Positions 8,253-16,731 of a stretch of 64,000 nucleotides of DNA are shown one piece after another. The stretch's first letter is position 1. Every line of letters starts with the position of its first letter. Below the pieces are notes generated by a model. It was not told where the DNA came from and did not search any database. It was given only the letters and a program-made list of their open reading frames with translations. Origin of the DNA: Solirubrobacterales bacterium (GTDB taxonomy: Bacteria > Actinomycetota > Thermoleophilia > Solirubrobacterales > JACPNS01). The stretch is taken from assembly GCA_016185345.1 (NCBI GenBank), contig JACPNS010000016.1, forward strand, positions 54,975 through 118,974, given 5' to 3'. Both the position numbers and the translations under genes were made by a program.

Positions 8253-10589
8253 GTGCGACTCAGACGGCGCGGTTCCGGTCAAAAGTCTCGTCCTGAGTGC
8301 AGCAGCCGAACAATCAGAGTCAATCGCCCACCGATCGTAGGGGTCGTTCGCCCGACGAACATGCGGCCAAACCTGCCGCGACTAGTTCACTCTGAGATTC
8401 GATTGGGCGATCCAACGGGCGTGTCAAGAAGCGAAACAGACGGCGTTCCACCAGCCCCCATCGAGATTGAAGACTTCGAAGGCATCGGTGTTCCTCCGCG
8501 CATCGCATGGCTGGTGTCAGCGATTCTTTACGGCACGTCCTCGATCCTGTTCGGAACTCTTGCATTCGTGACCGGGATCGTCCCGGTCAGTCTCGGATAC
8601 GTCTCGATCGCGGGGACAACGATGGCGATCATCTGCGTCGTGGGCGCAAAGTTTTTTCCGACCGCTTGGTGGGGCGGACATTTTCGCTCGATCGTGGGCA
8701 TGACATTGGTCGCGGTCGGCGCGGCGACGATTGGCGAAGTCCATAGCGCTACGTCGCTCGTGATGGTTTATCCGATATTGATCACTGCCTATCTCTACGA
8801 CTCGCGGCGCGCGCTCCCCTACGTGGTCGTCGGCACCGGGTTTTTCATCGTTTCCTACGCGCTGCTCAACGTTCCTACTGCGCACCTGATCATCACTTCG
8901 ACGATCGTCGGTGCCATTTCGGCCACGGTCGTCGCTTCTCAGCACGAGCTGCGCGCCATCGTTTCGGTCAACCGAGAATTGTCGACCACGGATGCGCTGA
9001 CAGGCCTGGCGAATGTCCGGCGACTGCGCAATGCGGTCACGCACTCGTTGGCGCATGATGAGGAGCTGTCCGCGGCGGTCTATGCCATCGATCTTGACGA
9101 TTTCAAACAAGTCAACGATCGTTTCAGTCACACGCTGGGCGACGCTGTGCTCAAGGCCGTTGCCGACGAAATTGCTACGGAACTTCAACCTACTGACCTG
9201 CTCGCCCGCCGGGGCGGCGATGAGTTCGCGATCTTCATCGCCGACAGTGGATCACGCGACCTCGACCAACTGCGCCGAAACGTCGCCGCCGCGATTACCC
9301 GCGCCCGAACGCGCGTCTGTCCCGAAGTCACGCCGAACGGCAGCGTAGGGTACGTAATCCGACGGCCCGGCGAGAATGCGACCGAGCTGCTTGAGCGCGC
9401 CGACACAGAGCTGCACGAGGCGAAGTTGGACGCGCATCCAGAACGTCGCAGCCAACAGATCGTCTCATTGCACGACTTCAGACGGCGCGTTGGCGCACCG
9501 AACGGCCGCAGCGACCATCTGATTCAGAGCGGCACCGAAAGGGTCAGCGATGAGCAAAAGATCGCACGGCAGATCAGGCGGGCGCTCGGACACGCGTCGG
9601 GCTGGCAGGTTCTGGCCGTGCTCAACCTTGCCGCGGGACTTGCGGTCATCTTGGCGCTGTCGACGGCCGCCGGCCGCGAGATCGACAACGCAGTTCCGCT
9701 GGTAGCCGCAATCGGAATTCTCGTCCTGGGCGGCTTTTGCGTCTGGGCGGGCCGTCGCGAGACCGGAGAAGTCGGCATCCACGTGACTCTCGTGACGATG
9801 ATCGCGCTCGTCACGGTTGTCCAGCTGGGCGTTGGGCGCGGTCTGCAGGGCGCGTTCGCCGACCTCTATCTCCTGCCGATTGTCGGCGGCTTCTACGCGC
9901 TCGACTCGAAAAAGATGTTGCCGTACCTGGTCGCCGGACTGTCGCTGTACGCCGTAACGCTGCTCGAATCCATCTACCCGCTCGCGTTGACGCGCATCAT
10001 CGTGACAAGTGTCCTGACCCTGGTGATGGTCGGGCTGCTCAGCAAAGCGCGTCGCGTAACCAAAGAGTTCACCGAGAACGCCGTTCAGTTGTCAACGGTC
10101 GACGGGCTGACCGGTCTGGCGAATATCCGCGGTATGCGACGGAAAGTTGCCGATGCGATTGACCGTTGCGGCACCTCCGGCGAACGCCTGGCTCTGATCG
10201 CAATCGACCTCGACGATTTCAAGCAGGTCAACGACCGGCACAGCCACACCCTTGGCGACCGGGTGCTGGTGGCGGTAGCTGATGCGATGACTGAAGTCGT
10301 CTCCCGCAAGGACACAGTTGCGCGCCGTGGCGGGGACGAATTCGAAGTTGTTTGCGTACTTGACGATGATGGTGACGTGCCCGCGCTGGTGTCCTCTCTG
10401 CACGTGGCAATTTCCGAAGCCCGCCGAGAGTTGGTTGCGGACGTCGCCAGCTCCGCAAGTATTGGGCACGTCATCTGGAAGCGCGGAGAAAGCTCTGACG
10501 CCTTTCTGGCTCGCGCCGACCAACAACTACATGGCGCGAAGGTGGCCTCCCGAGCGAAGCACGGGCGCAGCGCGCGGCGACGTGCATAG
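8253..10589 (+). CDS. Membrane protein with two tandem [multi-TM + GGDEF] modules (diguanylate cyclase)
   Basis: Two hydrophobic blocks are each followed by a GGDEF domain. The first is TDALTGLANVRRL...AIDLDDFKQVNDRFSHTLGD...RRGGDEFAIF. The second is VDGLTGLANIRGM...AIDLDDFKQVNDRHSHTLGD...RRGGDEFEVV. The start could also be ATG 8361. Confidence 0.8.
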   Translation: MRLRRRGSGQKSRPECSSRTIRVNRPPIVGVVRPTNMRPNLPRLVHSEIRLGDPTGVSRSETDGVPPAPIEIEDFEGIGVPPRIAWLVSAILYGTSSILFGTLAFVTGIVPVSLGYVSIAGTTMAIICVVGAKFFPTAWWGGHFRSIVGMTLVAVGAATIGEVHSATSLVMVYPILITAYLYDSRRALPYVVVGTGFFIVSYALLNVPTAHLIITSTIVGAISATVVASQHELRAIVSVNRELSTTDALTGLANVRRLRNAVTHSLAHDEELSAAVYAIDLDDFKQVNDRFSHTLGDAVLKAVADEIATELQPTDLLARRGGDEFAIFIADSGSRDLDQLRRNVAAAITRARTRVCPEVTPNGSVGYVIRRPGENATELLERADTELHEAKLDAHPERRSQQIVSLHDFRRRVGAPNGRSDHLIQSGTERVSDEQKIARQIRRALGHASGWQVLAVLNLAAGLAVILALSTAAGREIDNAVPLVAAIGILVLGGFCVWAGRRETGEVGIHVTLVTMIALVTVVQLGVGRGLQGAFADLYLLPIVGGFYALDSKKMLPYLVAGLSLYAVTLLESIYPLALTRIIVTSVLTLVMVGLLSKARRVTKEFTENAVQLSTVDGLTGLANIRGMRRKVADAIDRCGTSGERLALIAIDLDDFKQVNDRHSHTLGDRVLVAVADAMTEVVSRKDTVARRGGDEFEVVCVLDDDGDVPALVSSLHVAISEARRELVADVASSASIGHVIWKRGESSDAFLARADQQLHGAKVASRAKHGRSARRRA

Positions 10590-10688
10590 CTGTTGCAAAA
10601 CCTCGCAAGCTCGGCGGCGCCCTTGAGTTCGCCGACATGATGGCTTCGCGCGGACGCCGATGAAATCCTTCCGGATACCATCACCGCC

Positions 10689-11423
10689 ATGAGCACTACC
10701 CCGGGTTTGCTGATTGCGTTCGGCGCCGGCTTTCTCTCCTTCATCTCCCCTTGTTGCCTGCCCCTGGTGCCGGGGTATTTGGCCGCGGTCACGGGAACTG
10801 AACACCAGCCGGTCGAGCGCAAGGTCGACCTGTTCGTGATCCGGCGAAGCTTGATTTTCGTAGGAACCTTTGCTTCGATTTTCATCCTCTACGGCCTGAG
10901 TGCCACAGCGGCAGGGACGTTTCTAACCGACAATGCTGCTCTTTTGAACAAGATCGCCGGGGCAGCGATCATTGCGATGGGGTTGATTTTCATGGCCTCC
11001 CCCTTCGTTCTCTCCTTGAACAAACAGTGGCGTCCGTCGAGCCTGATCGAGCGCGCAGGAGACGGCGGGCCCGCGATCGCCGGTGCGGCGTTCGCCATTG
11101 CATGGACTCCCTGCATGGGTCCCACGCTCGGCGCCATCCTCAGCCTCGCGGCCACGCAGGAACGGTTGGCCCAAGGTGCGCTGCTGCTCGCCGTCTACTC
11201 GGCGGGGCTGGCGGTCCCATTTCTTATGTCCGCAATTGCTTTTTCGAATGCGACGAATTCGTTCTCGTTCTTCAAGCGCCATTACACAGCGATCCAGCTC
11301 GGTTCGGGAGCGGTTCTCGTGGCGATGGGCGTCCTCGTGATCACCGGCGAACTATTTCGAATGAGCATTGCCGCGCAGGCGTTTCTCCAGAAGACCGGGC
11401 TCGACTGGATCGCAGGAATTTGA
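10689..11423 (+). CDS. ccdA: Cytochrome c biogenesis/thiol-disulfide transporter CcdA (DsbD family)
   Basis: Polytopic membrane protein with the two conserved Cys motifs FISPCCLPLVPGY and AWTPCMGPTLGA. Confidence 0.85.
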   Translation: MSTTPGLLIAFGAGFLSFISPCCLPLVPGYLAAVTGTEHQPVERKVDLFVIRRSLIFVGTFASIFILYGLSATAAGTFLTDNAALLNKIAGAAIIAMGLIFMASPFVLSLNKQWRPSSLIERAGDGGPAIAGAAFAIAWTPCMGPTLGAILSLAATQERLAQGALLLAVYSAGLAVPFLMSAIAFSNATNSFSFFKRHYTAIQLGSGAVLVAMGVLVITGELFRMSIAAQAFLQKTGLDWIAGI

Positions 11424-11470
11424 GCGGGATTCCCACACGGCCGGGCGAGATAAGCAACAAATAACAAAAA

Positions 11471-11488
11471 GTTTAGGCTAGACTAAAC
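11471..11488. promoter_or_regulatory. 18-bp near-perfect palindrome immediately upstream of the multicopper oxidase start
   Basis: GTTTAGGCTAGACTAAAC (8 of 9 positions pair) in an AT-rich spacer. It embeds a TAGACT (TANNNT-type -10) ending 10 nt before GTG 11495. No Shine-Dalgarno is visible, which suggests a short or absent leader. Confidence 0.35.
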
Positions 11489-11494
11489 CGTGTT

Positions 11495-12535
11495 GTGGAA
11501 AAGAAGGCAAAGAAGAACGTAACTCGCCGCGAGGCCCTCGCCAAATCGCTTCCGCTGCTTGCAGGGATAACCGCCGCGAACGTCGTCGGTCCTGACCTGG
11601 CAGTGGCCGCTGCAATGAAACATGGCTCGCCAGGCACGTCTTCCGGGAATGCAAAGCTTGATCCCCAGTCGCTTTCGGCAGAAGGGGTCCACGGTGCCGG
11701 CGCCCCGGTTTCAATTGGGCCTGGAGCGCTGGACGCATTGACCTACCCGCCGCCTCCGACTCGCCGTCGTCCCGGCAAAACCCGCCAGTTCGACATCGTC
11801 GCGCAAACGCGCGATATCGAGATCATCAAGGGAGTCACGTTTCCTGCGTGGACCTACAACGGCACCGTGCCCGGGCCGATTCTACGCGTCAATGAAGGCG
11901 AAATCCTCAGGGTGGACTTCCGGAACGCATCGCCCCATCCGCACACAATCCATTTCCACGGGATCCACCCAGCAAAAATGGACGGTGTATTCGAGGTGGT
12001 TGCCCCCGGCGACAAGTTCGTATACGAATTCGAAGCTCAGCCCGCCGGCGTTCACCCCTACCACTGTCACGTCCCGCCACTGCGCGAGCACATCCAGCGC
12101 GGGCTCTACGGAACCCTGATCATCGATCCCAAAGAGGGCCGTAAACCCGCCCAGGAAATCGTGATGGTGATGAACGGCTATGACACCGACAAGGACGGTG
12201 CAAACAACTTTTACAGCGTCAACGGCGTGGCCTTCTACTACGCAAAGTACCCGATCAAGGTCAAGCGCTCAGAAACGGTCCGGATTTATCTGCTCAACAT
12301 GACTGAGTTCGACCCGGTGAATTCGTTCCACCTCCATGGCGAGTTTTTTCGCTACCAAGAGAACGGGCGTTCAAGCAATGCTTGGCGAGAGACAGACAAT
12401 GTCGCTCAGATCCAGGGCGAGCGCGGGGTGATTGAGATCGATTTCAACAACGCCGGCATGTTCATGTTTCACGCGCATCAAACCGAGTTCCTTGAACTCG
12501 GCTGGACCGGCTTCTTTGACGTCGAGGACGCATGA
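11495..12535 (+). CDS. Tat-exported two-domain multicopper oxidase (NirK/2dMCO-like)
   Basis: Twin-arginine leader (TRREALAKSLPLLAGITAANVVG). Copper motifs are HTIHFHG, YHCHVPPLREHIQRGL, FHLHGE and FHAHQ. At ~300 mature residues it fits two cupredoxin domains. Confidence 0.8.
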   Translation: MEKKAKKNVTRREALAKSLPLLAGITAANVVGPDLAVAAAMKHGSPGTSSGNAKLDPQSLSAEGVHGAGAPVSIGPGALDALTYPPPPTRRRPGKTRQFDIVAQTRDIEIIKGVTFPAWTYNGTVPGPILRVNEGEILRVDFRNASPHPHTIHFHGIHPAKMDGVFEVVAPGDKFVYEFEAQPAGVHPYHCHVPPLREHIQRGLYGTLIIDPKEGRKPAQEIVMVMNGYDTDKDGANNFYSVNGVAFYYAKYPIKVKRSETVRIYLLNMTEFDPVNSFHLHGEFFRYQENGRSSNAWRETDNVAQIQGERGVIEIDFNNAGMFMFHAHQTEFLELGWTGFFDVEDA

Positions 12536-13782
12536 GTTCAGCGGATACGGCAGCAGCGCCCGAGGCCGAGCCCGTCCGCCCGGCTCCCAAAAGACGTTGG
12601 CGCAGGTGGGCGCTGGTTGCGCTACCACTGGTCCTGCTGTTTGGCGCACTCGCTGCGTTCAACGCGATGGACGACCGTGTTTTCGGCCTGATCGGCGACA
12701 ATCCGCCGCCCGCCGATGTTCTGAACGTCTCACGGGTGCTGTTTGAGGAGGGCGAGATCGTTGTTCGCGTGACGAACACCCAGCCCGACCCCATCACGAT
12801 TGGCGTAGTCACGGTCGACGATGCGATCGTCAACTTCTCGGTCGATGGCAATGAGACTCTCGGGAGATTTGATGGAGCAAAGATTCGGATCCCGATGGAT
12901 TGGAATGAAGGCGAGCCTTATGTGATCGGAATCACGAGCGGCTCGGGCATACAGACGACGGCCAGGGTGACTGCCGCAGTCGCACGGGTGACACCGCGGC
13001 CTTCGAGCATCTTCGGTTTTGGTCTGATCGGGCTTCTCGTTGGCGTGCTTCCGGTCGCGCTTGGGCTGTTTTGGCTGCCGGCACTTCGAACTGCCAGTAG
13101 AAATGCTCTCGCGGGATTCATGGCACTGACGGCCGGGTTGCTCGTTTTTCTCGCCGTTGACGCAATCTTTGAAGCGCTCGAGCAATCCGCAGCACTACCC
13201 GGCGCGCTCGGCGGACTGGGTCTGATCACTCTCGGTGTTTCGCTTAGTTTTGTCGGCGTCGGAGCGCTCTCGGCAGCGCTGACCCGCCGCGCCGGAAAGG
13301 GAGTATCGAAAACGACCGGAGCTTCGGGAATGGCGCTCGCGATTGCCATTTCGGCAGGCATCGGCTTTCACAACCTCGGTGAAGGTCTCGCGATCGGAGC
13401 GTCGTTCGCCGTTGGAAAATTGGCGTTCAGCTCGCTCCTGATCATCGGCTTCGCCGTCCACAACATCACCGAGGGGCTTGCGATTGCCGTGCCACTTGCT
13501 GACCGGGACGAAGGCCGAGTGTCGGTGCGGAAGCTCACCGGTTTGGCTCTGATTGCCGGATTGCCCGCTGTCCTTGGCGCCTGGATCGGAGGATTTGTCA
13601 CCTCCGCCCTGCTCGCGACCTTCTTCTTTGCCGTCGCAGCTGGCGCGGCCGCGCAGGTAGTCGTGGAAGTCGTCGGGTACATTCGCGGGCACACCGGCCA
13701 CAGCTGGCGAACACCCTACGTAGCCGGAGGATTCATCGCCGGCATCGGGATCATGTACGCGACGAGCCTGCTTGCCGTTTGA
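12532..13782 (+). CDS. ZIP-family divalent metal transporter with ~150-aa N-terminal extracytoplasmic domain
   Basis: ZIP signature pairs GFHNLGEGLAIG and VHNITEGLAIA in the C-terminal TM bundle. An N-terminal signal-anchor is followed by a soluble-looking domain. ATGA overlap with the oxidase gene. Confidence 0.8.
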   Translation: MSSADTAAAPEAEPVRPAPKRRWRRWALVALPLVLLFGALAAFNAMDDRVFGLIGDNPPPADVLNVSRVLFEEGEIVVRVTNTQPDPITIGVVTVDDAIVNFSVDGNETLGRFDGAKIRIPMDWNEGEPYVIGITSGSGIQTTARVTAAVARVTPRPSSIFGFGLIGLLVGVLPVALGLFWLPALRTASRNALAGFMALTAGLLVFLAVDAIFEALEQSAALPGALGGLGLITLGVSLSFVGVGALSAALTRRAGKGVSKTTGASGMALAIAISAGIGFHNLGEGLAIGASFAVGKLAFSSLLIIGFAVHNITEGLAIAVPLADRDEGRVSVRKLTGLALIAGLPAVLGAWIGGFVTSALLATFFFAVAAGAAAQVVVEVVGYIRGHTGHSWRTPYVAGGFIAGIGIMYATSLLAV

Positions 13783-14213
13783 CGTTTAGCTCGGCGCCGC
13801 CGATGTCGAACCGCAGCGACTGAGCTACCAGCGGAGCGAATCCGAGATTCTGGCCGGCGGCGTTCGGGTGGTACGACGACGCTCAACACGTGAACCCGTT
13901 CAACCACGGCGCCGAAGGGCCAGACGTCGTGGCCAATGAATGGAGGGAGCGAATCCGCAAACTCGAATCCGGCCGCGGTCGCCCGCGCCTTGATCGTGTC
14001 GCGAGGTACGGTCGCCACCTGATTGATCCCGGCTACTTCGGCCGACGAGATCCCCAGCGCTGCCCCACTCGTCCGCGTTCCAGCTCACAAACGCAAGGCC
14101 AATTTGCGTGCTCCACAGCGGAAAGATCAACGACGGGCCTATCCGTTGACGTGCGCCGTCGGTCACCCGTCAGTATCAACTTCATGCAGCCCGGCCCCGT
14201 CCTGGGGCCCACC

Positions 14214-14438
14214 TTAGATCGCGTCCGGGTGATCGTCGGGCGCCCACCTCAAGAGATCACCCGGCTGACAATCAAGCGCCGCACACAGTGCCGCCAACGT
14301 CCTGAATCTGACCGCCTTCGCGCGTCCGTTCTTCAGGACCGCCAGGTTCGCGGGCGTAATACCTATCTCGTCAGCAAGATCGCCAACCGAAATCTTTCGA
14401 CGAGCTTGCATCAGGTCGATGTCGACGTAGATCGGCAT
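14214..14438 (-). CDS. Small XRE/Cro-type HTH transcriptional regulator (YozG-like)
   Basis: 74 aa: MPIYVDIDLMQARRKISVGDLADEIGITPANLAVLKNGRAKAVRFRTLAALCAALDCQPGDLL. This is the typical partner of DUF2975 membrane proteins. Start/stop overlap with the upstream gene. Confidence 0.85.
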   Translation of the reverse strand: MPIYVDIDLMQARRKISVGDLADEIGITPANLAVLKNGRAKAVRFRTLAALCAALDCQPGDLLRWAPDDHPDAI

Positions 14439-14938
14439 CAGATGACTTCCCTCAGCTCGCTCTCAAGATGGCTCGCCTGCACATCGCGGGTGATCGCCTG
14501 AACGAGCAGCACGCGCATCAAGAGGATGACCAGCGCAATGCCGGCGAACACGACTGCGACTCCGCCGATAAGCAGCACGACACCTGGAGCGACCGATTCG
14601 CCTGGTGCGAGGACGACCCCGAGGGCGAACGCCAAGATTGACGCAGTCACAACTGAGCCGATGATCACATCGACGTAGCGGAATGATGCGTCTGAAAAGA
14701 GTGCGTCGCGGCGCAACAGGCTCAGAAGCTGCCATATACATACGGACGTGACTTGGATCGCTATGAATCCGAAAACGACAATGACGATGATTGGCACCGC
14801 GACGTCGGCGATCTCGCCGCTGAAATCCTCTTTCAGGTCCTTGGCGAGCATCGGAATCATGACGGTCTGAACAAAGAGCGAGCCGGCGATCACCAGCCCG
14901 AGGACGACGCGCAGTGCACTGATTGTGATGTTTCCCAT
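14438..14938 (-). CDS. DUF2975-like four-TM membrane protein
   Basis: 166-aa hydrophobic protein with four predicted TM segments, translationally coupled to the YozG-like HTH gene. The pairing is known from many Gram-positive genomes. Confidence 0.7.
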   Translation of the reverse strand: MGNITISALRVVLGLVIAGSLFVQTVMIPMLAKDLKEDFSGEIADVAVPIIVIVVFGFIAIQVTSVCIWQLLSLLRRDALFSDASFRYVDVIIGSVVTASILAFALGVVLAPGESVAPGVVLLIGGVAVVFAGIALVILLMRVLLVQAITRDVQASHLESELREVI

Positions 14939-14951
14939 TTATACAAACTTT

Positions 14952-14980
14952 CTATCGATGTTCGATGGAAGTCTATCGAT
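14952..14980. promoter_or_regulatory. Direct repeat of CTATCGAT (ATCGAT palindromes) upstream of the DUF2975-HTH operon
   Basis: CTATCGAT at 14952-14959 and 14973-14980 (21 bp apart), plus TCGAT at 14962 and ATCGA at 14982, in the 72-bp low-GC spacer directly upstream of the start at 14938. Confidence 0.3.
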
Positions 14981-15010
14981 TATCGAGAGAAGCGTGCCGC
15001 ATCTTCGACT

Positions 15011-16228
15011 TTAGTCCGGGTCGTCCGTGCTGGTCGCCTTGTGCCCGTACATGTCTGCATCCGCCCGTGAGATCAACTCGTCGAGCGAATCGTCTGGCTC
15101 CAGAGCGGCGAGGCCGATCGTGATCGAACTGCCCGCGGCGGCGCCGACGGCGATTTCGATATCCGCGGCCCGCTTTCGCGCGGTTGCCATATCCGTATTG
15201 ACGAGCCCGCAGATGAACTCGTCTCCGCCGACACGAACGACTGGGTCGTAAGCGCGGAGCTGATGACGAAGTACCTCGACGACCTTTCGCAAGAGCTCGT
15301 CGCCAGCGGCGTGTCCCTGCTCGTCGTTCAGCTGTTTCAGTCCGTCGACGTCAATGAATGCGACGACGAACTGTTGCTCTGAGCGCCTCGATCGAAGTAT
15401 CTCGTGCTCCAGAGTCAAGAATCCCAAATCACGCATATACGCGCCTGTCAAGGCATCCATTTGCGCGCTCTGTAGCTCGCCGCGCGCCAATCGGCGTTCC
15501 TCTGCCGCAAGCCTGCGATCGTCGGCCGCGCGAGCGCGATCGTCAGCGGCTCGCTGCCTCGCCGCCGCAGATCGCTCACGAAGCTCCCGGCTCAACGCGA
15601 GGGCCTTTCGGAGGTGCTCGTCCTCCGGGCCGATCGTCTCGCGCACAAGGGCATCCTCAAATGCTTCTCTTCGGTCCCGGGAGGCGGCCGCTTTGTCGCG
15701 AGCATCTGCGACCCGGTCGCGGACGCGTGCCGATTCGTCGCGGTCGACGCCGGCGCTCGCACGCTCGAGGACGCTCAACTGACGCGCAGAGGACGCCGCC
15801 TCACGATTCTGTTGGGACTTCGTGCGCTCTTGGCTCGCTCTTTTATAGGTCTTGTCTGCGGCGGTCCCAGGCGGGGTCTGTTCGTGCTCCTTGTCGGCCG
15901 ACTCCTGGTCTCGGTCGGCGGCGGCCTGATCGCTGTCGGATCCTTTCTGGTCTGAGATCGAAGCTGCGTCATCACTGTCCGCCGCGTGCTGCATGTCATC
16001 CGCGGCAGTCTGATCGGCGTCCGAAAGCGTTTGTTCGAAGTCCGAAACGTTTTGTTCTGACTCGATGAGGTCGTCGTCAAACTGCAACGGATCCACCCGT
16101 TGCCGTGATTCACCCGCTCGCCTTCGCGAGGAGAATCGCTGTCGTAATGATTTGAGCAAGGGATACCTTCCGCCGAGTAGTGCCTGCAATCGGGCCTCGC
16201 GGACCGAAGGACAAACGACTAAACCCAA
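15011..16228 (-). CDS. GGDEF diguanylate cyclase with long acidic/coiled-coil N-terminal region
   Basis: C-terminal DALTGAY...FIDVDGLKQLNDEQGHAAGDELL...RVGGDEFICGL. The N-terminal ~230 aa are D/Q/A/R-rich repeats (SDADQTAADD, SDSDQAAADRDQESAD, AADDRARAADDRRLAAEERRLA). The exact start is uncertain. Confidence 0.8.
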   Translation of the reverse strand: MGLVVCPSVREARLQALLGGRYPLLKSLRQRFSSRRRAGESRQRVDPLQFDDDLIESEQNVSDFEQTLSDADQTAADDMQHAADSDDAASISDQKGSDSDQAAADRDQESADKEHEQTPPGTAADKTYKRASQERTKSQQNREAASSARQLSVLERASAGVDRDESARVRDRVADARDKAAASRDRREAFEDALVRETIGPEDEHLRKALALSRELRERSAAARQRAADDRARAADDRRLAAEERRLARGELQSAQMDALTGAYMRDLGFLTLEHEILRSRRSEQQFVVAFIDVDGLKQLNDEQGHAAGDELLRKVVEVLRHQLRAYDPVVRVGGDEFICGLVNTDMATARKRAADIEIAVGAAAGSSITIGLAALEPDDSLDELISRADADMYGHKATSTDDPD

Positions 16229-16329
16229 GTGCTCCAGACTACTTCAATCAGGGTATATCCGTCGACCGTGAGTAGCGGCGCCATGCTGGACGCCGCTTGA
16301 ACAGTCATGGCGCCAGTTCTCCAAATCTT

Positions 16330-16731
16330 TCACGTCAGCAGCTTGGCCTTCGCGCTGCGGAACTCCTCATCATCCAGTGAACCGGCGCGGTGCAGCTCCG
16401 CGAGACGCTCGAGCTCTCTCGACGAGTCAGGCGTCGGGCGGCTGCTCGCGAGCCTTCGGGTCGCGGTCCAGTGCGCTGCGAGACCGATCCCCCAGCCGAG
16501 CAAAACCCAGACGAACCACGGATAGTCCGTCCCGCCGCTCAGCTGCCACGTCACGGCCCACATCGCGATCAGCAGAACGTTGACCGCTACGAAGACTGTC
16601 GCGTGGATGTGAAGTGCGTGTCGGGCGTGACCTGAAAGACGTTCTGCGCGCTGAGCCCGCTTGGCGTCGCGTTTCTGCTGTTCGGCCGTCTCCACGCGCT
16701 CGACGGCGCGTGCGAATGGATCGTCATGCAT
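16330..16731 (-). CDS. 2TM-domain membrane protein with C-terminal SHOCT motif
   Basis: Start set at ATG 16731 (MHDDPFARAVE...), overlapping the PadR stop by 8 nt (ATGCATGA). Two TM helices (HATVFVAVNVLLIAMWAV; FVWVLLGWGIGLAAHW) and a C-terminal ELERLAELHRAGSLDDEEFRSAKAKLL (SHOCT-like). Confidence 0.7.
   Translation of the reverse strand: MHDDPFARAVERVETAEQQKRDAKRAQRAERLSGHARHALHIHATVFVAVNVLLIAMWAVTWQLSGGTDYPWFVWVLLGWGIGLAAHWTATRRLASSRPTPDSSRELERLAELHRAGSLDDEEFRSAKAKLLT

Noticed and set aside
12361-12372. GAAC-GGGC-GTTC, a core LexA-box-like palindrome
   Set aside because: It lies inside the multicopper oxidase coding sequence and lacks the flanking C/G of the CGAAC...GTTCG consensus. A 4+4 palindrome is expected by chance in 64 kb.
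13890-14501. 203-aa plus-strand ORF covering the 13.8-14.2 kb spacer and the antisense of the HTH gene
   Set aside because: It is Arg/Pro/Ser-rich with no motif and overlaps the well-supported YozG-like HTH gene on the other strand.
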